Source: an uncultured Christensenella sp. (GTDB lineage Bacteria; Bacillota; Clostridia; Christensenellales; UBA1242). From it: a stretch of 64,000 nt of DNA. The notes under the pieces are model-generated. The model saw nothing but the letters and a program-made list of their open reading frames with translations, was not told the origin of the DNA and did no database searches. Position 1 is the stretch's first letter, and every line of letters begins with the position of its first letter. The translations under genes and the position numbers were made by a program. This document shows, piece after piece, positions 18,801 through 28,136 of this stretch. The stretch covers positions 15,903-79,902 of the forward strand of contig CASFBJ010000004.1 of NCBI GenBank assembly GCA_949292875.1. The letters are read 5' to 3'.

Positions 18801-21787
18801 ATATTATCTAATCCTAATTTATTTATAGTTAAATTATTTATTCCTTTAAGATTTAAATATTCTATACCGCTTAAAGTAGAAATAATAGCATTTTTGCCAA
18901 GTCTAGATAAAGTATATGTTATGTCTAAATCTTTTAGTTGTCCAAGAGAAGAAGAAACAACTGGTACATTTTTCTCAGTAACACCATAGAAATATATGTC
19001 TTGAGAATATAGAGTATAGTTTCCTGTGCCTAACTCTCCTTCCGGTATAACTGTACTATAATCAATCTTGCCAGCAAGTATTAATAAAGACTTGTATAAG
19101 TTGCTATCTTTTATACAATTAGGATTAATAGGTGATTCGCTATCATCAAAAGGTATAAGGTCATAAGGATACACTATTAGATTTTTGATAATAGTAAGCG
19201 TATTAGTTGGGATTTGATAAGTGTCTATCATGTCTTGACTGAAATTGAAGTTGTATATAATCTCATATTCGCCATCATTTTTCAAGTCAATGCTATCACT
19301 AGGAAGTTCAGGCTTATCTTTACAAGTAATAACAATATTTGGCTCTCCAACAAAATCACTTGATACATAGTTTAGCATTGGGTTAAGATTATCATATGCG
19401 CCTATACTTAAGTCATACGCAAGACTATGATGTTCACCGCCCGCATCTAAAGGAGTTTGACAAACTTCTTCAGTTTTGTACGTGAAGTCCATGTAATAAC
19501 AATAGAAACTTCTTCCTGTTAGAGTTCTAAGTTCATTAGTAGAAAGTAGTGTGTTGTAAGAAATCTCTGTAACTTCGTATACACCATGTTCAAAATCTTT
19601 TAGTTGAATATTTGGTTCATTTATGCTACTAGGCAATATTTCAAGTCCATTTAGTTTGAAGATTTGTGTATAGTCTTCTACAATGTTTGAACCGGATATT
19701 TTACCTTTGAAATAATAAGAACCTTTACTTGTTGTAAAAGTTTCTGTAGGTAAGCATTGTAAACCTACATCAACTACACTACTTGCATATATACTTGATG
19801 AGCCACTTGCTTCTGCAAGATGACTTGCAGGTGCTTGGTTAAGCATAATGTTTGCATAAGAAAGTAGTGTTAATTGCTTTAGCACTGAAAAGTCCGAAAT
19901 TTTGTTACTCATTAAGTTTAGTTTAGTTAGATGATTAGAAAGAAAAGAGAGTTCTGCAATGTCTGTAAGATTACAGTTTACAAGTTCAAGGACAGATAAT
20001 TTTAACAAACTACCTAAATGGTTTAACTGACTTCCATTTTCAGATAAGTTTGTGTTTGATATACTTAACTCAAATAGGTTTTCAAACCATACATTTGAAA
20101 AGACACTTAAATCAGTAATAGGGTAGCCTGTTAAATCCATTATAGTTAGTTCTCTAAAACTACTGTCTGTTGAAAAGATTGCATTATAAGTTTGTTCTCT
20201 TGTAGGTAGAGAAACAAAAGTATTCCAGTTTTCATCAGGTGTTTTTTCAACTTCATAGTTAAATGGGTCTAAACTATTTTTTGTTGCGTAGACATTGTAA
20301 AGATATATGCGCATTGCTTTGTCTTTAAGGTCAAGTTCTTCTAATGTTTGTTTTATAGGAGCATTTTCTTGTGCAAGTATGTCTTCGTTTGCACAATCAA
20401 TATTAAATGATATAGAAGAAGAATCTTCACTTGTAACATTTATAGTTAAAGTAGTGTTTTCAAAAAGCCCTTCACTATTTTTTAATGATATGAAGTTTGT
20501 AAAAATGGAACTAATGCTTTGAGTAGTGTTACTTCCTATACTTTCGCCTTGTTGTAATGATGCAGTAAGTAGTTTGTCATCATTTATTCTATTATTGCCT
20601 GTATCTTGTGGAGAAAATATGTATACAGGCGCATAAGTTTCATTTGCTTGAGTATAAGGTAAATCTTCACCAATCTTTTCTAAACTAACTCTACTAACTA
20701 TGAGTCCACTTTCTGCATTTAACCCTAAATCTTTCATTTCAGGAGTTACTTCTTGATAATATATAACTATTACTTGATTAGGGAAACTTTTTGACTCTAT
20801 CACATATGTAGTATTAAAAGATTTATCAATAGTATAAGAGCCTGTATGAGTTAAAGTTTGTATATTTTCTGCTGGTAGCCAGCCTAATTTATAAAGTAGA
20901 TATGGACTAGGTGCTGTAAGATATGAGCCTGCAGACATTATATCCCATGCTCCAGTGTAATTTGTTGCAGAAGTTCCAGTTTTGTTATACTTCACATCAC
21001 TTATGCCAAACATATTTAAAACTTTTGTTGCATACATAGTTTTTGCAATGTTAGAAAGTGATTGCTCAGAATGTCTTGAAAGAGTGTAGATGTCGCTATG
21101 TAATATTATATACTCATCTATAGAGCCACCTATTGAAGCTGTTGTCCCCGTTTTGTATGTGTACGCTTTAGGTGTAGAAACTCCGCCAGATTGTAAAAAG
21201 TTGTAACTAGGATTAGTTGTTCCACTATTTGCTTTGAGTCTTGTGTTAAAGGTATTTAATAGTTGACTTAAGTCTGCTTCTCCTTGATTCGTATAATTCA
21301 TATAGTTTAGGTATACAAAGGTAATTTGGTCGCCACCATTAGAAAGTTCTTTGGCAAGAGTAGCGTTACTTAGTGCTGTAATTAAAGAATTAAATAAATC
21401 ATCTCGACTAGTAGTAGAAGCAACTTTTAAAAGCAAAGGGCTATCATCACTTGAAAGTACTACTTCTTCATTATAGTTAATAGCACCATTAGAAACTCTA
21501 TTTATGTATTCGTTTGTAATAAGGTTATAACTATTGTCTTGGTATTCTTGATAAAAACTACTTACATCAGGATTTTCTGAGGTGAAAGAGAAAAATATAA
21601 TGTCCGCAGTATAATCTTGTGCAGGATTTGCTACAACCTTATCTGTTTCATGCTCATTCTTTTCAAAAGCATTTGTATTTGCCCTAAAAAGTTGCTCAGG
21701 AAAAGATATAGGCAACGCACAAACAAATATAGCGATACTTCCTATAAGAACTATAAGCAAACTTGTAAAACTATATACCTTTTTCAT
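15851..21787 (-). CDS. 1978-aa surface protein: degenerate M6-metalloprotease-like domain, three LRR modules, Ig-like domain, C-terminal TM
   Basis: Signal peptide; GAWDIMSAGS...LGWL; LRR strings (LNLMSNKISD, VDLSYNQITD, LDLSYNSIT); DTTAPEI...GVYEIIYTAKDASGN; TM plus RKKKRSK; RBS AGGAGAG. Confidence 0.85.
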   Translation of the reverse strand: MKKVYSFTSLLIVLIGSIAIFVCALPISFPEQLFRANTNAFEKNEHETDKVVANPAQDYTADIIFFSFTSENPDVSSFYQEYQDNSYNLITNEYINRVSNGAINYNEEVVLSSDDSPLLLKVASTTSRDDLFNSLITALSNATLAKELSNGGDQITFVYLNYMNYTNQGEADLSQLLNTFNTRLKANSGTTNPSYNFLQSGGVSTPKAYTYKTGTTASIGGSIDEYIILHSDIYTLSRHSEQSLSNIAKTMYATKVLNMFGISDVKYNKTGTSATNYTGAWDIMSAGSYLTAPSPYLLYKLGWLPAENIQTLTHTGSYTIDKSFNTTYVIESKSFPNQVIVIYYQEVTPEMKDLGLNAESGLIVSRVSLEKIGEDLPYTQANETYAPVYIFSPQDTGNNRINDDKLLTASLQQGESIGSNTTQSISSIFTNFISLKNSEGLFENTTLTINVTSEDSSSISFNIDCANEDILAQENAPIKQTLEELDLKDKAMRIYLYNVYATKNSLDPFNYEVEKTPDENWNTFVSLPTREQTYNAIFSTDSSFRELTIMDLTGYPITDLSVFSNVWFENLFELSISNTNLSENGSQLNHLGSLLKLSVLELVNCNLTDIAELSFLSNHLTKLNLMSNKISDFSVLKQLTLLSYANIMLNQAPASHLAEASGSSSIYASSVVDVGLQCLPTETFTTSKGSYYFKGKISGSNIVEDYTQIFKLNGLEILPSSINEPNIQLKDFEHGVYEVTEISYNTLLSTNELRTLTGRSFYCYYMDFTYKTEEVCQTPLDAGGEHHSLAYDLSIGAYDNLNPMLNYVSSDFVGEPNIVITCKDKPELPSDSIDLKNDGEYEIIYNFNFSQDMIDTYQIPTNTLTIIKNLIVYPYDLIPFDDSESPINPNCIKDSNLYKSLLILAGKIDYSTVIPEGELGTGNYTLYSQDIYFYGVTEKNVPVVSSSLGQLKDLDITYTLSRLGKNAIISTLSGIEYLNLKGINNLTINKLGLDNISMLFNADLLPNIKVLNAGGNKISNIQNIESLITLEYVDLSYNQITDPTPLKDLTDENILKGRGLTKQTLQLVNLAFNQISIKGNDRQNEDGTTPYKGGNANNNFLIDKTTPTDNVNFKSAYDTYIVLVQFLQNYDHYANSSKWEYYYTNALNLSSTQKLYTVKINSSTVDFSSKDTYTNWTNTNSRPNSGYFVITMELNSRAISSGIPFKNIEQNMYYTVSQVTKPALDIIYKNIYPTNPVLKDKNSIGQTTSDYYFLSTEWQKMESDNGAPLRASNDDLSISFPNQTVKDEYIAVASVTYGTITNGLITFEYNIKFYAFDRDTGTMVGQKKLIDCYQFKIFSHIEMNHEISFKDKNLESALLKAKGFDSDKIYAYDFYSAVELNLSNSNISNFETTDGGNGFDKMIFNNLAVLNLSNNKIENNQELGDGSSITISDPMRNLLINPTLFTNLQRLDLSYNSITYLRPFEQSNVFNKDIELILFANELDLGENYNRTLIKSSVFKNYEARIILGIQGLNSTNETLVSFKKDIKTSEDTLAKFYILSGNIDLVIDFTYDGIKYETYTGDTGETLWTIYYLTDAKDYNINCKINAYNINFTCRIKHQKIYINQNEAENIDDHKVYCEFDSTDNAQTKQEVLLKDIFTYENCSANDFTYTDSLRTMLETDVELKINELTTSSNYYIQQYVMYHTHTNMSDTTFYKEIYIIDTTAPEIRMTQEDSQDRYVITKGMNYPYYNSGFIDADLIAYDDYNTSKDIDTIVTVVIKKDGVVQSTVQGDWSAEVSDYSINTYIPGVYEIIYTAKDASGNVSQPFVRTVEIYYQQFGWIKISSSSSQFSAGETYVSATVYKNKDDTLKNDDPTFYWYVDGVFVKTSKKVPELSDETNFKTETTLYVEGSGTHLIEVYIDQTKESFERNNVNNMFSANYKFTEVFVLMDKNVMMYTLIGIGVLVLLVIILIVILVIRKKKRSKTRNDYEYTIIKHK

Positions 21788-21989
21788 ACACTCTCCTAAA
21801 ACCTTTATAATTATTTATAATTATAACATTATTATTTTCAATTTGTAAACAAATATAAGCAATTTTTGACAAAGTTACCTTTTTTATTATAAAAAAAGTA
21901 TACATACAATTTCAAACAATGCTTTATAGTGAGAAGTAAGTGTATTTTTGCATTTTTTTGTGCTTTTTACCGCGTGTTTTGGAGGTGTT

Positions 21990-24275
21990 ATGCGTACTTT
22001 TTTATTTTTATTAAAATACATAGTTAGTGTAGGTATACTTGTTGCGCTTAGTGCATTATGTGGTTTGCAAATGGTTGTTTTTCCATTTGCCATTGCTCTT
22101 GCTTGCGCTCTTATTAGCGCCGGACACAAGTTTTACATAATTGCACCGTTATCATTTGCTATTATTATCATTTGTTTTAGTCCAACTATTTACAACATAT
22201 CTTCTTTACTATTCGCTTTAGCAGTATTTGGAGTTTTGCAAATATTAATAAAGCGTGGAGTGCAAATAAAAGTATGGGTTCAGTGTCTATGCTTTGTTTT
22301 ATCACAAGCATTATTTATGTATTTCCAAATATTCACTTTCCACACTTATATGCAAGCAGTGCTTTACATAGTTTGCTCTACCGCAAGTTTCTATATATTT
22401 AGAAGATTTTTCATTGCATTTGCAAGTCAATCTTTTTTATACAGATTTAAAGCCATTGACTTAGCGTGTTTGTGTTTTTTAATCATTATTCTTGCAGGTG
22501 GTGTATCAACTATAAGTGTACCATATGTTTCTATATATCATTTAATTGGTGTTTTTTCAGTTATATTACTTACAAGATTATGTAATGCAGGTGGTGTAGT
22601 TATTTTTGGTATTTTGTATGGACTAGGTAATGTAATTACTTTTGCCGATTTAAGTTATGTCGCCGTCTTTGCTTTGCTTGCACTTGTTGCATACTATCTT
22701 AAAACAAACTTTGGTGTATATTCTGTGCTGGGTATGATAATTACGGAAAGTATGTTAGGTTTGTATTTTGGTTGTATGTCAAACTTTAGTTATATAACTG
22801 TACTTGAAACTTTAGTTGCAGGAATAGTATTTTTCTGTATTCCTAAATCTTATTTGCAATCTTTAAGAGTGTATATTGTTGATGAAAATAAAGAATATGG
22901 AATAAGAGATATAGCAAATAGAAATAGGAGTTTGCTAAAAAATAAACTTTTAGACTTGTCAAATGTTTTTTTTGAAATGGATATTGTCTTTAAAAAAATG
23001 CTAAAAGGTGTACTTCCTGTAGAAGAAGCAAAAAAACTTCTTGTAGATGAAACTATAGATAAGGTTTGTTCATCTTGTAAAGAGCGTTTGCGTTGTTCTA
23101 GGCAAAATAATGGCATACAAAAAGAAGTGGAAAACCTTATGAATATGGCATTTGAGAAAGGAAAAGTAAATCTTTTAGATATTCCTTCTGTAATGGCAAA
23201 TAATTGTACAAAGACTTCGCAAATGCTTATTATGATTAATAAACTCATTAGTCAGTACAAGCAGTATACGGGAATGATTAAAAACTTAGATAATAGTAGA
23301 TTACTTATAGCGGAGCAACTACATGGCGTTGCAAAAATCATGAAAAATTTGTCATTAGATTTTGATGACAAAATGAGTTTTGATAATGAAATGGAAGCAA
23401 AAATTTTAGATGAATTAGAAAGAGAAGATGTTTCTTGTTGTGAAGCAATAGTATATAGCAAAGATAAAACAATCACATCGGTTGTTGTGGTTGCTAAAAC
23501 TAATTCTATAGATAAAAAAACTATTGAAGATGCAGTTAGTAATGTGCTCAATATTAAAATGGATATAGCAGAAGTGAAGCCTAGTGAAACTAGTGGCTGG
23601 AGTATGGTTAGATTGCAAGCAACACCTGTGTATAAAGTTATGTATGGGTTTGCAAGTGCTTGTAAAAACGGAAATGAAATAAGTGGCGATTGTCATAGTA
23701 TGTTACAATTAAATGATGAAAAATTCTTGCTTGCTATAAGTGATGGTATGGGACACGGGGAGAAGGCAAGAAAAAATAGCGAACTTACAATAAGCGTGAT
23801 AGAAAACTTTTATAAGGCGGGTTTTGATAACGATATTGTATTAAGTAGTGTAAATAAACTAATAAATATTAATCAAATGGAAGATTTTGCAACATTAGAT
23901 GTGTGTGTTATAGACTTAAAATCATGCTTTGTAGATTTTATAAAACTAGGTGCGAGTGAAACATATCTTCGCCACGAATATAGTACAGATGTAATAGAAG
24001 GAAAATCTTTGCCTCTTGGAGTAGTAGATGAAATAAATACAAGTGTGCAAAAAAGTGCATTAGAAGATGGTGATATTATAATTATGTGCTCAGATGGTGT
24101 GAGCGAAGCATTTGGTGGCTCTCAAGAACTATATAATTTCATTAATCATATGGAGATATCAAGTCCACAAGAAATGGCAAATACTATAAGCAAATGTGCG
24201 CAAAATGTGGCAAAAGGTTTGCTTAATGATGATGTTACCATAGTTGTTGCTAGAGTTTATAGGGCGTTTAGGTAA
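21990..24275 (+). CDS. spoIIE: Stage II sporulation protein E (membrane PP2C phosphatase), start after GGAGGT
   Basis: Multi-TM N-terminus, CxxC/Cx region, SGD, ISDGMGHG, FATLD, LPLG, SDGV. Confidence 0.92.
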   Translation: MRTFLFLLKYIVSVGILVALSALCGLQMVVFPFAIALACALISAGHKFYIIAPLSFAIIIICFSPTIYNISSLLFALAVFGVLQILIKRGVQIKVWVQCLCFVLSQALFMYFQIFTFHTYMQAVLYIVCSTASFYIFRRFFIAFASQSFLYRFKAIDLACLCFLIIILAGGVSTISVPYVSIYHLIGVFSVILLTRLCNAGGVVIFGILYGLGNVITFADLSYVAVFALLALVAYYLKTNFGVYSVLGMIITESMLGLYFGCMSNFSYITVLETLVAGIVFFCIPKSYLQSLRVYIVDENKEYGIRDIANRNRSLLKNKLLDLSNVFFEMDIVFKKMLKGVLPVEEAKKLLVDETIDKVCSSCKERLRCSRQNNGIQKEVENLMNMAFEKGKVNLLDIPSVMANNCTKTSQMLIMINKLISQYKQYTGMIKNLDNSRLLIAEQLHGVAKIMKNLSLDFDDKMSFDNEMEAKILDELEREDVSCCEAIVYSKDKTITSVVVVAKTNSIDKKTIEDAVSNVLNIKMDIAEVKPSETSGWSMVRLQATPVYKVMYGFASACKNGNEISGDCHSMLQLNDEKFLLAISDGMGHGEKARKNSELTISVIENFYKAGFDNDIVLSSVNKLININQMEDFATLDVCVIDLKSCFVDFIKLGASETYLRHEYSTDVIEGKSLPLGVVDEINTSVQKSALEDGDIIIMCSDGVSEAFGGSQELYNFINHMEISSPQEMANTISKCAQNVAKGLLNDDVTIVVARVYRAFR

Positions 24276-24413
24276 TAGTAACCATTTTTAATAATTTGTT
24301 ACACGTTATATATTTGAAATTAAAAGCAAAAAACATTTGCGCTTTTTGTAATTTTCTTTTATAATTGTATATATTTACACAATAAAATTTTGTTTACGAA
24401 TTAGGAGAAATAA

Positions 24414-27083
24414 ATGGGACTTTTTAAGTATTTGATAGAAAGAGATAATAAAAAAGCTTTAAAGAAAATAGATAAAATTGTTCAACAAATAGAAGCTTTA
24501 GAAGATAAGTATAAGTCTATGACCGATGATGAACTAAGAAATACTACTAGCGTGCTTAAGGAAAGATTACAAAATGGCGAAACATTAGACGATATTTTAC
24601 CAGACGCTTATGCTTTAGTTAGAGAAGCAAGCGATAGAGTGCTTCATATGCGTCATTTTAGAGTACAACTTATAGGCGGGGTTGCTCTTCATCAAGGAAG
24701 AATAGCAGAAATGAAAACAGGTGAAGGTAAAACATTAGTTGCAACACTACCTGCTTATCTAAATGCGCTAACAGGACAAGGAGTGCATATAGTAACTGTA
24801 AACGATTATCTTGCTAAAACACAAGCAGAGATAATGAGTAAATTGTACACTTTCTTAGGACTAACTGTAGGTATACTTTTAAGTCAAATGCATCCAGATG
24901 CTAGAAAAAAAGTATATAATTGCGATATTGTTTATGGTGTAAATCATGAATTTGGTTTTGACTATCTTAGAGATAATATGGTTAAAAGCAAACTTCATAG
25001 AGTTCAGCGTGAACATAATTTTGTTATAGTAGACGAGATAGATAGCGTACTTATAGATGAAGCGAGAATGCCTCTTATCATTTCAGGTAAAGGTATAAAA
25101 AGTAGTGAAACCTATGTTACTGCAGATAAATTTGCAAAAAGTCTTAAAGAAGAAGATTTCGTTTTAAATGAAAAAGAAAAAACCATAATTCTAACTGAAA
25201 CGGGTATAGCAAAAGCGGAAAGATTTTTTAAGATAGATGATATATCAGACATTAAGTATATAGAACTAAACCACCATATTAACAATGCTTTAAGAGCAAA
25301 CTATATAATGAAAAAAGATAGAGTATATATGGTAGAGAATGGCGAAATACTTATTGTAGATGAGTTTACTGGTAGAGCAATGCCAGGAAGAAGATTTTCA
25401 GAAGGCTTGCATCAGGCAATTGAAGCCAAAGAAGGCTTAGAGATAAAAAATGAAAGTAAAACGCAAGCAATTACAACGCAACAAAATTATTTTAAAATTT
25501 ACAAAAAGATGTCAGGTATGACAGGTACTGCAAAAACAGAAGAAGAAGAATTTATAAAGATTTATGGACTAGATGTTGTTTGTGTGCCTACAAATAAGCC
25601 AGTGATTAGAAAAGATAGGCCCGATATATTATACAAACTTAAAGATGCAAAACTAGAAGCAATAGCAGAAGAAGTAGAAAAACAACATGAAAAAGGTAGA
25701 CCTATACTTATAGGTACTATTACCATAGAAAAGAGTGAAGAACTTTCAAATCTTTTGAAAAAGAAAAAAATAAAACATACTGTGCTAAATGCGAAAAATC
25801 ACGCACTAGAAGCAGATATCATTGCACAGGCTGGAAGATTAGGCGCAGTAACTATTGCGACAAACATGGCTGGTCGTGGTACAGATATTATGCTTGGTGG
25901 AAACCCAGACTACTTGGCAACTCAAATACTTAAACAAAGAGGTTATACATTTGAAGAGATAAACCTTGCAAATACTTATAATGTAGAAAAAGATGAAAGA
26001 ATACAAAATCTAGAAAAAGAATATAAGAAATTGTATGAAACAAATAAGGTTACTTGCGAACTTGAAAAAGAAAAAGTAGTATCTTTAGGCGGACTACTAA
26101 TTATAGGTACAGAAAGACATGAAAGCAGAAGAATAGATAATCAGTTAAGAGGCCGTGCAGGAAGACAAGGAGACCCAGGCGAATCTGTATTCTATATTAG
26201 TTTTGAAGATGATTTGCTTAAACATATAGGGAAAGAAGATGATACTCTTGGAAGTAGATTGATGAGAATGTCTAATTTTATAGGAATGCCTAACGATTTA
26301 CCTATTCAAAATAAAGCAATTTCAAACTTGGTAGAAAGGGCACAAAAAAGTGTAGAAGCAGATCACTTTGGTGAAAGAAGATATCTTCTTCAATATGACA
26401 ATGTTATGAGTGCGCAAAGAACAAATATATATAGTCAAAGAAATGAAGTTTTAGAGGGAACAGATATACACGAACAAGTAATAGAAATGGTTGCAGGAAC
26501 TACCGAGTCTGTAGTCTACTCACATATTAGCGATGATGAACCATACTTTAAGTGGGACTTAGAAGAACTTAATACCGCTTTAGAAGATTTTATATTGCCT
26601 AAAGGAACAAATCTTGTTACAAGTGAATATGTAGACGACTTGAATGCAGAAGAACTAAAAGACAAGATTGTAGAATATGTACTTCAAAACTTAGAGCAAA
26701 GAAAACAAGAAGCAACAGAGATTGGAGTAAAATACGAAGAATTTGAAAGAATGGTAATGCTTATAGTTGTAGATAAGATGTGGATGGACCATATAGATGC
26801 TATGGATATATTAAAGCGTGAAGTAGGCATAAAGAGATATAGTCAGCAAGACCCTATACAATTTTATAAAAAGCAAGGAAGTTTTATGTTTGACTTAATG
26901 ATAGAAAATATATGGAACGATGTTACAAAGTATATCTTAAATACAAAGATAGAAGTTGCTAAGCCAAAACAAATGGAAGCAAAACATATACCAGTATCTA
27001 ATCCTAAAGAAGTTTCAAGAAATGCACTTTGTCCTTGCGGAAGTGGCAAAAAGTATAAAAATTGTTGTGGCAGAGTTTGCTAA
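24414..27083 (+). CDS. secA: Preprotein translocase ATPase SecA
   Basis: AEMKTGEGKT, VTVNDYLA, DEIDSVLIDEAR, GMTGTA, TNMAGRGTDI, RRIDNQLRGRAGRQGDPG, SEC-C motif CPCGSGKKYKNCC. Confidence 0.98.
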   Translation: MGLFKYLIERDNKKALKKIDKIVQQIEALEDKYKSMTDDELRNTTSVLKERLQNGETLDDILPDAYALVREASDRVLHMRHFRVQLIGGVALHQGRIAEMKTGEGKTLVATLPAYLNALTGQGVHIVTVNDYLAKTQAEIMSKLYTFLGLTVGILLSQMHPDARKKVYNCDIVYGVNHEFGFDYLRDNMVKSKLHRVQREHNFVIVDEIDSVLIDEARMPLIISGKGIKSSETYVTADKFAKSLKEEDFVLNEKEKTIILTETGIAKAERFFKIDDISDIKYIELNHHINNALRANYIMKKDRVYMVENGEILIVDEFTGRAMPGRRFSEGLHQAIEAKEGLEIKNESKTQAITTQQNYFKIYKKMSGMTGTAKTEEEEFIKIYGLDVVCVPTNKPVIRKDRPDILYKLKDAKLEAIAEEVEKQHEKGRPILIGTITIEKSEELSNLLKKKKIKHTVLNAKNHALEADIIAQAGRLGAVTIATNMAGRGTDIMLGGNPDYLATQILKQRGYTFEEINLANTYNVEKDERIQNLEKEYKKLYETNKVTCELEKEKVVSLGGLLIIGTERHESRRIDNQLRGRAGRQGDPGESVFYISFEDDLLKHIGKEDDTLGSRLMRMSNFIGMPNDLPIQNKAISNLVERAQKSVEADHFGERRYLLQYDNVMSAQRTNIYSQRNEVLEGTDIHEQVIEMVAGTTESVVYSHISDDEPYFKWDLEELNTALEDFILPKGTNLVTSEYVDDLNAEELKDKIVEYVLQNLEQRKQEATEIGVKYEEFERMVMLIVVDKMWMDHIDAMDILKREVGIKRYSQQDPIQFYKKQGSFMFDLMIENIWNDVTKYILNTKIEVAKPKQMEAKHIPVSNPKEVSRNALCPCGSGKKYKNCCGRVC

Positions 27084-27092
27084 AATAAAATT

Positions 27093-27118
27093 AGTGTCTA
27101 AAAGTTAGACACTTTTTT
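27093..27118 (+). terminator. secA terminator
   Basis: AGTGTCTA-aaagt-TAGACACT followed by a T run. Confidence 0.75.
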
Positions 27119-27239
27119 ATTTTAAAAAATAAACAAAAATTAAAATTAAATATAAAACACTACCACAAAACAATAAATTTAACAAAAATAAACATAAACA
27201 ATTTTTTTATAAATTTGACTAAAAAAAATATAGATAAAG

Positions 27240-27270
27240 TTTTACACAAATTAAAATTTTTTGTGGATAA
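27240..27270. promoter_or_regulatory. Inverted DnaA-box pair, 13-bp spacer, ~22 kb from oriC
   Basis: TTTTACACA (27240-27248) N13 TGTGGATAA (27262-27270, perfect box). Confidence 0.5.
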
Positions 27271-27419
27271 ATTGTCTATTTATTTTTTAAACTTTACAAT
27301 AGTTATATAATTTATAAAAAATGCAAGACTTGCAATTTTTAAAATTTTAAAGGATTGCGTTTTACTATTATATAGTTTAGAAAGTTTGATTTAATTTAAC
27401 AAATAAAAAAACTAGTACG

Positions 27420-28118
27420 CTAAAGTATTTGTACTAGTTTATTTTGTACTTGGTCGCAACTTGTCAAGTAATATTTTATTCCGTTTCTTTCTTCATATAG
27501 TGTAGCACGAATATTTTTGCCGTGCAAATGTCCGTATACTACTATATCTACATTGTATCTTTCTAGTAAATCAAGAAAGGCATTTTGTTGCCTTGTAGAG
27601 TTAAAAGGCGGATAATGTATCATATATATAACTTTGTCATTTTCTTTTCTTATTTTTTGCATACTACTTAGTGATAGTTCCATTCTTGAAAGTTCTCTAG
27701 AAAGCATTTTTTCTGTTTGCTTATCTATTTCCTCATTTCTTTCAGGAATGTCCCAGCCTCTTGTGCCACATATTATTACATCATCAAATCTAATGCAATC
27801 ATTTTGTATAGCGTACATATTTTTAGGTAAAGCATTTCTTATTTGCGTTATACTACTCCACCAATAGTCGTGGTTACCTCTATTTAAAACTATATTACCT
27901 TTTAGTTTGTAAAAAAATTCTAAATCTTTTTTAAAGTCCTGCATATCCATGGCCCAACTTATATCGCCAGAAATAAGCACTATGTCATCTTCTTTCACTT
28001 TACTATTCCAATCTTGCACTATTTCATCTATATAGTTGTCCCATGAAGAACCAAATATATCCATAGGTTTACTTCCTGTTAAGTCAAGATGCAAGTCTGA
28101 TATACTATATATATTCAT
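27420..28118 (-). CDS. Calcineurin-like metallophosphoesterase
   Basis: SDLHL, GDISW, GNHDYWW, HYPP, YGHLH. Confidence 0.9.
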   Translation of the reverse strand: MNIYSISDLHLDLTGSKPMDIFGSSWDNYIDEIVQDWNSKVKEDDIVLISGDISWAMDMQDFKKDLEFFYKLKGNIVLNRGNHDYWWSSITQIRNALPKNMYAIQNDCIRFDDVIICGTRGWDIPERNEEIDKQTEKMLSRELSRMELSLSSMQKIRKENDKVIYMIHYPPFNSTRQQNAFLDLLERYNVDIVVYGHLHGKNIRATLYEERNGIKYYLTSCDQVQNKLVQIL

Positions 28119-28136
28119 ATATTGTCCTTTTTATTT

